DNA from: Tubulanus polymorphus
Lineage: Eukaryota; Animalia; Nemertea
Assembly: GCF_964204645.1 (NCBI RefSeq)
Contig: NC_134026.1
Location: 15,348,150-15,412,149 of the forward strand
Direction of reading: 5' to 3'
Length of the DNA stretch: 64,000 nt
The position numbers and the translations under genes were made by a program. Of the stretch, positions 39,625 to 52,318 are shown piece after piece; the first letter of the stretch is position 1, and each line of letters starts with the position of its first letter. The notes below the pieces were generated by a model, which did not search any database, had not been told where the DNA came from, and saw only the letters and a list, made by a program, of their open reading frames with translations.

Positions 39625-40953
39625 ATGTATGCGTCGTCAAAAAAATGTTGGGCAGCTATTGAAAAAGCAGTGGAGAGATATAATAAGATATCCGGTGACA
39701 ATGTCGTGGCTGTAACAATGTATCGTAACAGAATTACGAACGTACATGAAATGGCAACGACAGGTACCGATTCATTTCTGAAAGTCGTGGCGGATCAAAA
39801 ACTTAACTTTGAGGCGGCCATGTCTCCTCAGCTTCCGAATGAAGAACCGGGAGCCTCAGTTTGCGATAAATCGTTGCCAGATGTGTGCGAAGTGTACGGG
39901 AAAAAATTATCTGCACTGGCCACCGACAGCGCAAGAGAACTGCTCAGTAATTTAGTTTTTGCGAGCAAAAACATATTAGGACACGGAAAAGATGTTAATC
40001 CTCATTGGGGAAAAGAGGATTTCAGAGCTCCGTGGTGGCCAGCTAATTGGCCTTGGAAAAACCCACGCTGCGATATTCGGCCAGAAAACGACCGAACCAA
40101 CAAATGGGCCGAAGCAGTACGGGCTGCGTGCGCAGATGCATATCGTTTTCATGATATGGAACATTTGACTGGTGAGTAGCAATTCTTGAAGTTTTATTAT
40201 ATATGATAAATATTTTAACTGCTAAATCATATTGAGAATCATTTCTGTTTAATTGGCTTTAAAGTCTTTATCAATCGAGAGAATTATTTATTTTAATAAC
40301 GCATAAGCGTTGATGGAATTGACGATTGAAACAATTCGCCCGCCACGGTAAAATGCATGTAGCAAATTCGACCGTCTAGTACTGCCCCTAGGTATAACTA
40401 AAGCGGGAAAAACGAACTAAGAGGGTGGTACAAAACTTTAAAAACCGTCTCACTAAAAGCCGTCCAATCATTATGAAGGTGGTAATTAATAATTATATTA
40501 ATGGAACTGTGGTCGGGTCCTTAAATACCCTAAAATTCTGAGCTTCCCCCTCAACTTCTGAAAATTGCCTCTGTAAATTTTTTTTCAACTCAATTTGTGA
40601 ATTTAACCCGTACTTATGCATAGGCATATAGCCCATTGACCGGACACCTCCCTACAATTTGCAATTAACTCACCACAATAGTCACATTGGTACCACTTGC
40701 CACATCTAATATAAAGGCCGTTTCTCTATCATTCATTGTTTTGTGTAAGCAGTGAAAAGGTCAAAAGAAATGGGAACTAATTTATATACAAATTTTATAG
40801 TTTTCAAAATTTTTTTCAAGATTTTTACTGGGGGGATGGGTATATTTACCGAGGGGGGATTATTAACTACATTCGTGTAAACAAGTTATCTCAAGAAAAT
40901 TACACGAAACTGGACCCTTCAAATTCTGATTTGACTGATATGTAGGAACCATA

Positions 40954-40989
<36 letters not shown>

Positions 40990-41016
40990 TGTATGTATGT
41001 ATGCATTGTATGTATG

Positions 41017-41079
<63 letters not shown>

Positions 41080-41836
41080 GCTAGTTTTAAGAAATGTTTC
41101 TTATTATTTAGGTGACAACTCAGTTCCAGTTGCAGCGCCCAGGATTCGACCGGTTCCTGCACCACGAGCACCTGCCCGAGCACCAATTGAAGAAACCGTG
41201 ATAGAAGATGCAATCATGAACTGCGTTGAAAACGGTTCTCTCTCCCAAGTGTGCAGTTTTGAAATGACCCTGTTACACGACCAAAGAGGTACAATTCCCT
41301 GATTTGATTGATATACATATATATATATTTATGGTATTAGCAATATTCAACTCTTATGAGTATTCAAAACAGGTGTAAACATTTATTCTTTTTTCCAGCT
41401 AATTTGCAGTCAACTGTAATTGAGAAAGGTGTCCCACAAATTGGTATACAGTACTCGGAACCAGCAGAATACAGTAAGTTAAAATCGCAAATTTCACTAT
41501 CGAATTAAATATATACACAAATAGATACACTGATATTAAATGATCAAATTAATTCATTATTCTCATTAACTATCTCTGAATTATTTTTAAAAATTTTTCA
41601 GGCAATACACAATCGACAATTAACAAGGAGAGTGTACTGCAAACAGTCGAAGAATCAGCATGCAGTAAGTTCATTAGCTGCTTTCCGATTAATCAACTTA
41701 AAGGACTCAACAAAATATTTTTATAAAATTACAATTACTTTTTTCAGAATTTGACGAAACATATACATGTACAACATCAAGATCAAGCAGTCGACAGAAA
41801 TGCCAGACCGAACGGATGAAAACCTATCAACAATAA
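39625..41836 (+). CDS. Transposon accessory gene with NRF1/Erect-wing-like DNA-binding domain, ~316 aa
   Basis: Exons 39625-40171, 41112-41288, 41399-41473, 41602-41664, 41748-41836; all introns GT-AG phase 1; open through to [59 protein letters not shown] aligns by eye with NRF1 PGWGKESCKPIWWPEDIPWANVRSDVR...WTQALRTIVKNCYKQHGREDL. Confidence 0.8.
40951..41077. repeat. (TATG)n/(TA)n compound microsatellite
   Basis: Seen directly; lies in intron 1 of the NRF1-like gene. Confidence 0.95.
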
Positions 41837-41943
41837 ATTTAACAATTTTACAAATAAAAATTAGCTGTCCAATGTTTCAATATCTTTTTCTCAATCTATG
41901 CAACGTCTGCATATTATTGCATTTTTTCCTTTTTATCTCGGTT

Positions 41944-44900
41944 TTATATACATAAAAATAATGAAATGTTTCTCATGAAGTTTTCAATATTCATGTATGC
42001 CAACTGGGCCTTTAATCTGATGAGACCAGCATTTGCCTGTTCATTAATCTGACTGTTGATCTTCTGAATATCTAGATTGGCTCCATATGTGTCTTATTTG
42101 TACCCTATACAGCATCTGAAATTAGAATGGAATTGTAGGCTATCAAAAAATATTGAAGTTTACGTCATCAAAGCGCTTTGTAAACTCTAACACAGACGGA
42201 AAAGTGAAAACATTAGCCCCCTGGACTTCATTGCAAGTTAGCTAAAAAAAAACTTACCCAGTGTGATTTTTCCAATGCATCCTGTCTACACAGAATACAG
42301 TTTCCTTGAAAAACTCTGGCTCTCTGAAAATAAATCAAAAGGAAACCTGTACTTTTGTCTCAAACCTAATTCAGTCCATTAGAATTGAAACTAATTTCAA
42401 ATAATATCTTCTATCTTAGTACTGGTACTAAGAATAGTGACTATAATCAACTTACCTATTCAAACAATACGAGTGAAGCTTGCAAGCATTGTCATAAACA
42501 ATAATTTTTGGCGCTTTCGCGAATCTCGTTTTGAATATACTAAAAGGGTGCCTTGGTGACTCATGACTTGACATGACCTAGTAAATAATCATATTCAGCA
42601 TTGTTACAGGTACTAGATTGCCATAGTTTTTTTTCAAAAGCATAACTTGTCATACTAACCTGGAATCCATAACTGATCCCGTGTGGACAAAATATTGTGA
42701 ACACACCCGGAGTAAGCACACGATGACTCTTGGAATATTTTTGACAAGTGTTTACATCACTAGCTCTGCATGCCGGGCCTTCATTTCCACTATCCATTGT
42801 ATATCGAACATCACTGAAATTACAGATTGACAATTGGGAATACTTATAATTCTAAGAATTTCACATCTACTCATAAGGAAAAATTTTAGTCGTTCGTATG
42901 TAACTAACCTGTGTTGTTTTGGAAGACTTGGGAAGAACTCCAACGATTTAAGTAATTCTGCGGATTGTGCCGGTCTGTAATTGTCCGTGTCATTTCGTGT
43001 AACCTAAAAATTCATTGTTTTGTAATAACAGATCAATAATAAGGTTTTTTTGAAGTTGTTTAATCCAAGAAAGTTTGGTGAAGAACCAAAATGATTTAAA
43101 TTAGTAGCTTAATGTGGAAAATTTACCTGAAAGCAAAACTTGGATCTTTCTATGATATCAATGACTAATCCTAGTACATAGGCAGTCAACTCTGATTCAT
43201 TATGACAATCCAGTATAAACTGAACAAGTATTGGTGCTCTCTTAAGCAGTTCACTCACATTCGCGTGATTGTCACTGTTGAAATATCTAACATCACTACC
43301 GAGAAGATCGTAGAGCAAGTCAACAGTCCCTTCATAATCATTGCACTGCATTACTGCACAGATGGGTCCATTGCAGGCCAAAGCTTTAAACAACACGCGT
43401 TCACAAGATCTCGCTTTTAGACATGAATTTGATTCGACCAACAATTTGAGATTAGCCAGGTGACTGTGTTTAGCTAACATGCTCTCAAGCTGTTTTTTTT
43501 TTCAGTTTTACCAAGTGATTCAGACGCATATTTATGGAGTAATTTTTTACATTTTGAATCTTGTATGAAGACTCTATCCTTATGTTTTGTGCCTTCAACC
43601 TGAACATTCTCTACCCGGGGTGAGTCATCTTTTATGTTGCGCAGCAGATCTTTCCGAAATCCCAGATCTATACCATCACAAATTATTGTACGAGGTTGAT
43701 CCTCACAAACTGGACATGAAAATTCATGAGACCAATCGAAGTCTAATAATCGCACAAACACATTCCACGCACGCTGTAAAGTGTGAAGTGGAATCGCCTG
43801 TTCATTCAATAATTTTGCAGCTGACCGTGACATAGCCCTTAAATGAAATAAAAATTATGTTTTAGCAATTTTAGAAGAAAAGTGTACACTTGTGATTGGA
43901 AAATAGCAAAAAGTATAAATACCTCTGAAATGATGAGAGCGGGTTCCTTGCTTCTACCATTAAATGCATATACTTGAATAACAAACGATAATCCACTAGA
44001 CTTGAATTATTCAAATTCACTAAAAGTTCTTGCTGGCCATCGAAAAATAAACGACAATCACAATCACCAGTGGCGGGGATGTAATACACTACAAAAAAAA
44101 TACAAAAAAATACTGAATACTAAGAAGTCAAATAAGCATTTATTTTAGGGACAAATAATAATATAATGTTTAGACATTGTGATTAATATTATTAAATGAT
44201 TGATTATTTTTACATTACCTTTAATAGGCCTGACAGCACCATCTCTTATAGTATAAGACTGTCCTCCGTTTTCCGTATATATTGTAGCATTCTGCGATTC
44301 CCATCCCATTAAAACAGGATCTCGCTTATCCCACGGGAAATTATGTTTGCAACTAGGAGTTACCAATGACGGAATAAGAGCTTCCGGATACCCTAAGCCC
44401 AGTTTTCGTGTCCTGAGAACTTCCCGCAGACTGCTTGGCAATGGATAGGGTATTTTCAGTGATGACACCGAACTGATCTCTCTCTGCGCAGTAGGTTCAT
44501 CATCACTATTTGCTTTTGACGGTAAATCAAAATTATTTTCTTCGCACCAGTCTTTATACTCCACAATATGAGGGCAATTGTTATTGAAACGACATGTTCG
44601 GCAAATAAAATGTCCTAACCGACTGTTCCATTTGATAATATGTACACCAGAAACGGCAGCGACGAAGGGTTTGTTAGAAAGAATAGCTACTGAAACGGTA
44701 TCAGAAACTTCATTCTCTAAACGATTTTTATACATTTCTGCGACTGCAAAGGAATGTTTGCAGTATCTACTCGTGTAACGCATTTTGAAAGTAGCAATGT
44801 CTTCAGTAACGATTTTACTGAGTGCATTCAATTCTGAATGAACATTCATTCCCTCTTTGCAGTCACATGTCAATAACAGACAAGTTTCCGCTCCACTATA

Positions 44901-45752
44901 AAATTTCTGTCCGTTTTTCACTATAAAATATTCTGCGCCATCCGCAACAACGAAAACTCCACCAGTCACTTCCCAGTGCTGTTCATTCTTAAGTAAGTCC
45001 AAGAGGTAGCTTTGAGTGTCGGTCATATCACACGAAACCACAGCAGAGACAACCCTGGAATGAAAATAATAAGCATACATTACACAGTAACTATTAAACA
45101 GAGAATAGGAAAAGGAGCCGATGAACAGCAGAGTGATTTCAGCCCATTCCATTAGGCTATAGAAATTTAAGGTCAGGTTACGCAGGTTTGACAAATTTTA
45201 ATATATTTATAGCCTAGATATAGAGTGTAGGCCTATAGACTCCCGTAACCGTAGATAGTTTTAAATATTTACACCTGATTTCGAATGAACCGATTGCCAA
45301 ACATGTTTGATACAAATAATTAATAAAATTACTGTTGCCATGACAGGCACATGTTCAAATCTTTAGGCTAGAATAAGACAGATGCCAAATTTGTGTTATC
45401 GAACAAAAAAGAATGAAATATATTCGCTTCACGTCACTAACCAAAAACTATATTATATTAATAAATTAGGTTCGAGAGAGGCCAGAAGACTAGGTAGATT
45501 TTTTTAGTTCATAGCTTCTAAAAACAGTTTAGCTTACCCTACAACACTGGATTTTGGTTTTTCATGTGTTCTTTTTCGATTTCGAATGGTGCCGACGGCG
45601 GCGGCAACGACAACGTTGTTGTCGTTTTTATTGCAGTCGTCATGCTCTCGATGGCTTAACCTGGATATTCTAGAACGTTTGCGAGGCCTTTCCTCGGAAT
45701 CTTCGCAATCCCGTTTTTTTCCTGCTGACATCGTAATTGACCGAGTAGACAT
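41944..45752 (-). pseudogene. KDZ/Zisupton-related (HMGXB3-like) transposase, disrupted
   Basis: Exons 45538-45752, 44219-45054, 43923-44088, 43127-43837, 42909-43003, 42660-42813, 42456-42577, 42258-42323, 41944-42115. SWIM-like and CxC Cys motifs. Catalytic-type motifs CPVC...IICDG, PGVFTIFCPHG, ESP, YDNAC, DRMHWKNH, NSQINEQAN. Lesions: 1-nt frameshift in the T10 run at 43493-43502 and TAA at 42094-42096; the stop at 41944 may also be premature. Confidence 0.85.
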
Positions 45753-47190
45753 GATAGTTTTACTGTTTATATAATCTCTGGTCACTTCACCACCGATCAA
45801 ATTGTGAAAGCAAAGCGCACCACAGTCTCGGAGTGTAACAAAACTTTCGGTAATTAGGTCTAACCGAAACCGGTCCTGCTAAGTACCAAAGCGCACCGTT
45901 TAAAATAACGGTTCTCGTACGCCGCGTGATGACTTTTCACACGGTCTAACTAAAAGGCCGGTCCTACGCATTTTTATCGTAATAAAAACAAGTATCCCTG
46001 TTATTTTCATCGGAGCTAGGCCTAAACTATAGTTTCACAATTATAGTGATTTGCATATCCCCTATTAAATTAATGAATTTAATCGATAACAGAATGAATA
46101 TCGGCCCGGGCGGACCCATGGATGCGGCTCTGCCAAAGCTTGAGACTCGTAGGCCTATTTTTGATAAATAAAGTAAAATAAAAAGTAAAAATAAGTATAA
46201 ACTTTTAATGATTTAATATTAAGACTTGGCGTATTGAATGACACTGTAAAGTATATAAAAATTAGAAAGGTTTAGCTTACCTCATCGAGAATAAAAGTTT
46301 TTTGGCAAGAAATTTGTGAACTTATATCATTAACTAAAATCATCGTATATAACTTGTAACAATTAATTTTTCTATTTGAACGTCAAGACGCATATTTATT
46401 CATATTCTGATGTACAAATTCTAGTCACTTCAAAAACAGCCCATCAGATTAGTTGACATATATAGGCCCATTTGTGAATGGATCCGAGGTGGATGTTCGG
46501 AGCAAATTTGTAATTCGATCGTATGACAAGATCATTCGTTTGAAGCCGTCATCGGCCTTTGGCACACGATTGTCGAGTATACAGATAATTCATGCCACGC
46601 GAAAAATACATACCAATAGGCCTACGAAATAATTCATAGATTTAGTTCAGTAAAAACATTACCAGAAAAATAAAATCGTAAACAATTAAAGACGCCTCTA
46701 AATCAACGGCTGTTGTCACCTGTCTCTTCATGGGTAAAATATGATCAATAGTTCACTCAAACATCCAAAAACCTAATGATATGTAGTTCTACAACTAATG
46801 AACAATATTTTTTTTCATGTATTTTTTTTCTCCGTCAAAGGCGCGCTCAAAAATGTATCAACGTTTGCTCCAGTGGTACATCATCTCTACGCGAATAGCA
46901 ACATCGGCGTTAATTACTTGCTACTATGACGCTAATCCGAGCAAAGTTGCGTTACTGGAGCAGTTACTCGGCAAAAAAAATCCTGCTCGGCCGAGTAAGT
47001 CTTTCTGATCGGTGTAATTACTCGGCCAGATAATTATCTATTGTTCGGGTAGCATATAAAACCCAAAGACAGATATACGGCCAAATCATTCAGAGTTTAG
47101 AGGTTGGTGCGTTCACTACGTAGAGTTCAGCGATGACAGATGTTCCGAGCAACCCGAGTATCGTGCCTTTGCTCGGTATTTCATACGTTC

Positions 47191-47394
47191 AATTCCGAGC
47201 AGCATGCCGAGCAGTTCGTATTTGCACGGATCTACAAACGATTGAAACCGAGCAGAGATTATCGAGCAGCTCATATTGCGCGGGGCTAATTTATCAAAAC
47301 CGAGCAGAATGTCCGAGCAGTAAACCGAGCAGCGCAGTTGCTCGGCCGCGTAAGTTCCGAGCAATCTTTTGAAAATGGGCATGTTTTATAGCTC
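47191..47394 (-). repeat. Right terminal inverted repeat
   Basis: aattccgagcagcatgccgagc...gaaaatgggcatgttttatagctc, the reverse complement of the left TIR. Confidence 0.93.
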
Positions 47395-48403
47395 CACAAT
47401 CATTTGCTCAATTGAAGCTTTTGACATGTTCTTTGATTGTGGTTAGTTTCAAGTCATTGGTTTATGTATGTGGTCACCAGGGGTAATTGAATATTGAGAC
47501 TATTAGATTGTTGAGCATTTGATACCTCTTCCCAAGTGGGCATGGTATCCCTGGACACCTAGTTTACCCTTTGTACTCATATCCTCAAATATCATTCTTA
47601 TAGAAATAAATGTGACCAAGATATTTCTATTGCACTGCAACCGTGAATTTGAACTGGAATAACTACAGCCAGCATGCAACAATTGTTTTATTAATGAAAC
47701 AACATGGTGGATGGTTGAAATCACGCAAGTTTTAGTACTTTAATGAATTGCACGAAACCATGATCCCTAAAATGAGTCAATTGATTAAGTCTATTCGTAA
47801 ATCAATTTACGTTGGCTGCATTTCCGGATGATTTCTGGCTCTAATCAACGTTTTTGGACAGAAATGGTGGGAATTTTAATACGGAATTTTACTTCCGCGT
47901 TCAGTTGACGACTCGGATCGATGACAACGACACTGGAGTTAATGTAATTAAGGTGAGAATCCGTTAACCAGGGAATGTTTTAAATGATTTCTTTAATAAC
48001 ACGAGTACATATGGTAGCGAATAAATGTACTCGGTGAAGAAATGGTCATTGTTAATGCCTAGCTTTGTGGGATTCGCCTAGAGTAGCTTAAGGCCCTGAA
48101 TATAGTGGGTAGAGCCAGTCAGTGGAATGCCTAAGTGGGTTGGTTAATACTTATGTGTACGAAAATTTATTTTGATTACTTTCTTTCCAGCTATTATTTG
48201 TGGAATGAACTGGTCACTACAGTCTTCAATTCCTTTGCGGATTCTCGCAGGAATATAGTTGGGTGGAATATATTTAAACCACAGTGCGCAAGTGTACGTT
48301 TCAAATCAGGCTTTTTCGACATTGGCAGTCAAAGTTCTATCTAAACACTCTAACTTAAGCTCAACTGTCTCAGATGCTGTAAGTACTTGATGTTTTGCTT
48401 AAA

Positions 48404-48760
48404 ACCCTTTAACTGGCAATCGGTCGCTAGCGACCGATTTGAATAGACCAGCTATAGTGAATAGAATAGTCAAGTATTGATTTCAGTGAAGCATTCTAAC
48501 TCATTTTCCTATCAGCAGATGGCGACACCAGACGGCCTACAATGTCTAACAAGGTTGGAAAGTGATATATCATACATTTGGCATGTAGAAGGGGGTATGG
48601 AAACCACGTGTCACGTGGGTCAGATTTCCAAAATTGAGAATATCGGTAGTAGTAATGGCCAATGCACTAAAGACGTTCTCTAGTGAGTTTTGCTGATATT
48701 TTGGACATAGTTATGAAAGATTCTGATGATAATTCATATTGGGATGAATCTCATGACAGA
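48404..48760 (+). mobile_element. Partial copy of the piggyBac-like non-autonomous element, interrupted by a HINE
   Basis: accctttaactggcaa...gcgaccgatttgaatagaccagctatagtga, homologous to 56661-56840 and 57533-57665. Confidence 0.6.
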
Positions 48761-48761
48761 T

Positions 48762-50770
48762 TTTTAGCCCACTTGGGACTTAAGTCCCAGCGGGCTATTG
48801 CGTTCACTTTTCGTCCGTTGTCCGTCTGTCCGTTCGTCCGTCCATCCGAGACGGAATCCATTTATTTTGGGAAGTTTTGAAGACACTTCAAGGTAATGTC
48901 TTGATATTTGGGTTACACATGTATCTACCCTAGACACATCTTCAGCCCAAAAACTGGCCCTGTCAGATTCAAGATGGCCGACTGGCAGCCATTGTTGTTC
49001 GCCAAAATCAGCACTTTTTACACATTTTTGAACTTTTTGAGGGAAATTTTGAAGACGCTTTGATCAATTAACTTGATCTTTCGGATATATGTGAATTCCC
49101 CCAGTGCCCATCAGCATAACAAAAATTGGGTCGATTTTAGACTCAAGATGGCCGTCCTATGACCTTTTTAGTGCCCAAAAATGTTAATTTTGGCCCAAAT
49201 TCTGAGTTCTGTAGCTTCCTACTGGTTTATCATTTCTCATTGCAATTAGTGATGGGTATTCTTTGGAAAGGGATGTTTTATACCTGAGACAGGTATTTTT
49301 CATCAGCCAATTATGACGCAATTGGCGGCCATCTTGATGTCAGCAGTACTCATTCGTAAGTGGGAAAAAGTTTTTCCACATTATATTGATACCTAAGCGT
49401 ATTTTGTTACCACAATCATTTTGAAAGTTGTAGCTCATAACGTGTTCTATGATTGTGGTGAGTTTCAAGGTCATTGGTTTTTGTATATGGCCACCAGGGG
49501 GCGTTGAATAATGCAATATCTTAGTATTTGTATATTATATTCGTATCAATGCATATTTTGTAACCACAATCAATTGCAAAGTTGTAGCTTATGACATCAT
49601 CTATGATTGTGGCAAGTTTTAAGGCCATTAGTTTTTCTATATGGTCACACGGGGGTGTTGAATAGTAGAATAACTTAGTATTTCCTTATTATATTGGTGC
49701 CTAGGCATATTTTGCTACCATGATCAATTACAAAGTTATAGTTCGTGACATGTTCTATGATTGTGGTGAGTTTCAAGGTCATTGGGTTCTGAATATGGTC
49801 ACCAGGGGGCGCTGAATAGTAGAATAACTTAGTATTTCCATATTAAAGTGGTAACGAGGCATATTTTGTTATCACAATCAATTACAAAATCGTAGCTGCT
49901 GACATGTTCTATGATTGTGTTGAGTTTCATGGTCATTGGATTCTGTATATGGTCACCAGGGGGCGTTGAATATTGCAGAGATGCTAGTTTTCCGGAAATA
50001 TCCGGAATTCCGGAAATTTAGGATCGCCGATGTCAATTCCGGAAATTTGGTGAGAATTCCTCGCGGCGACCAGTATTGGCACGGACCGTAAAAGCTTTCG
50101 TTTGCTTGTACTCGTCGTCGCTTCTGTGTTATTTTATCTTGGTCTCCGTTTCCGAGATGATATTTAATAAATATCATCTTAATTATAACCATGCGCTTGC
50201 TATGTCCTGAGGCACGCAGCTTTGTAACTTTCTTTTTGCCTGCAGCTGTCAAGCGGGACGGTCTGCAAAATGAGCACGCACGGAAAGATTTTCAGTCGGG
50301 AGTCGGCCGATATAAAGGCAATTGACAGCAGTATAAAAAATAAATTTAACTGGCACTGGCTAGAGTGTAAGGACAGTAACGGGGACTACTTATCGAACTA
50401 CATTCATAAGTTAGACTTAGCTGGCGTGGCGTACTGCGTCGTTTGTAAAGACCAGGTCAAATACGGTAGTGGCGGGAAAAAAGATATTCTTCGTCACCCG
50501 GATAGCGCGCGGCATAAGAAGGCAGCGAGGGATGTGAAGCACAACGAATGCCTGCCGTCGTATTTTCAGATGAAAGATGCCGATCGTGATACTGTATCTC
50601 CGGTGATGCAAAAACGCAAAAATTTTCCTGGGGGAGAATTTTTCTGACCCTCCGTTCTAAATTCCGGAATTTTGGTACTTTGGCCCTAGCATCTCTGATA
50701 TTGAAATTGTTAGATTGTTGAGCATTTGAAACCACTTTCCAAGTGGGCATGGTGTCCCTGGACCCCTAGT
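48762..50770 (+). mobile_element. HINE/DINE-like element with ~154-bp tandem array, interrupted by a hAT-like element
   Basis: 5' ttttagcccacttgggacttaagtcccagcgggct followed by (GTCC)n. About four tandem units at 49400-49975. Resumes at 50698 exactly as in the copy near 7921. Confidence 0.75.
49976..50697 (+). mobile_element. hAT-like internally deleted DNA transposon with 6-bp TSD (copy 2)
   Basis: Same TIRs as 5696-6539. TSD atattg at 49970-49975 and 50698-50703; empty site tgaatattgaaattg at ~7921. ORF 50270-50647 has FNWHWL...YCVVC...LRHPDSARH, a BED-like zinc finger of a transposase N-terminus. Confidence 0.82.
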
Positions 50771-52248
50771 TTTTCTAATGCCATGTTTACAATATTTGGA
50801 TTAGTAATCAGTCGTGCTAACATACATGTAGAATTGGATTCATTGTTATCATGGGATGATAATTCATGGGCATCAAGAGTCCTGCAAGATACCCTTGATA
50901 TGAAGCTTTTTTAATGTTAATCATAGACTTATTTTGGAGTAAACAGAATAGCCCTTAAAATACCAATGCCACATGGCTCGAAGGTGTCTATGTTCTACGA
51001 GACAGTAGTAATAGATTTTCACGACAAACGTACGATTTATAAGATATCTATACTTTATTTCGCTTCTCTGTGATATTAACTGAGTAATTCTTACATTGGA
51101 TTGCTTAATTACAGGTGGAAAGAGGTCAGTTGGCATGAAAATCAACTGTAGCTGACTATTTGGCACGAGTAGATCAAGCGTTGAGGTTTCATAACGTGTA
51201 GCCTAAATGCTTCAATCATCAGGGGTAGACAAATTATCTGAAGATATATGAAAACTTCACCTTGATGATCATAAGTTGATTTTGCTGTAATTATTTTGCC
51301 TGGATAAATCAACATATCCTTCATTTCAAAATCTGTGTTCAGTAGAATTTCTTTCAATGAAATAAAAATTTATATGACTAATATTTATGTATTGAAGATT
51401 AGATTTGGGAAGTCAATTAAGGTCTTTTGCTCGAATCCAGCCGAGGGCTCAGTGGCTAAAACTCAATTCCTCAATGTCCTTTTAATGCCGAGTAGGATGC
51501 AGTTAACACACTGAAAAACGCTGGTAAGAGTAATTTGGATAAGTCTGCAATATAATGACCGCCCGGCCCCCCTGCAATTGATACATAAACAAGACTGTAT
51601 TGCTTCGATGACAAACTGAGTCCTAAGCATGATGACCTTCCAAATCAAATATAGATTAAGAAAGAAATTAATTGTTTATTACAAAACTTCAATTTCAAAA
51701 TATGGATAGGAAAAAGAGTGAACAATAAATGTGTTTGCCTTGCGTATTTTAATATTTCCTTGGAATATTTCTTTTTCTGGCTCCCACCTGCCTTGACTTG
51801 TGAGACCTTTTTCGAGATAATTTCGCTAAAAATACAAAACAACATAAAATTGATGGATGGGAATCATACATACTACAATTCACTTTTACTGCGAACATTG
51901 GAATGAGCTAAAGCAATTTTCTAGGAGGAAAAATTGAGTCAAATGATGTTTCAAAATCTGGACGGGAAAAGTTTTTCTGGATTTCATGACTATTGGCATA
52001 TTTATATTGATAAGGTAAATATCTGTATAAATGGTTGTATGCCAACTTGAATTGAAGGATTAATGCAATAGCTTTCTCAATCTTAAAGACGAGTGAGCCA
52101 TACTTGCTAGATTGGTCATGTGAATCAAAATAAAATTTAGAACTATCATCCATTTTTAGTTTTCAATCAAACACCAACCTATGAAATAAGGTTCATATTT
52201 TACTGATAAAAACCTGGAATAAACCAAAATAAAACAGGAATTCACTAA

Positions 52249-52251
<3 letters not shown>

Positions 52252-52316
<65 letters not shown>
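52252..52316. repeat. (TA)n microsatellite
   Basis: Pure TA run. Confidence 0.95.

Positions 52317-52318
<2 letters not shown>

Larger units (their letters stand above)
37740..47394 (-). mobile_element. Full-length KDZ (Kyakuja-Dileera-Zisupton)-like DNA transposon, 9655 bp, two convergent genes
   Basis: TIRs 37740-37955 and 47191-47394. TSD cacaatc at 37733-37739 and 47395-47401. Interrupts a HINE-like 154-bp repeat unit. Contains a KDZ-type transposase (-) and an NRF1-like gene (+). Confidence 0.88.

Noticed and set aside
39463-40179. Host NRF1/ewg orthologue
   Set aside because: Similarity is limited to part of the DNA-binding domain, far below the conservation expected of NRF1 orthologues, and it lies inside TIRs.
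40863-41213. YIYIYI / MYVCMYVC ORFs
   Set aside because: Microsatellite translation; only 41112-41288 on the + strand is a plausible exon.
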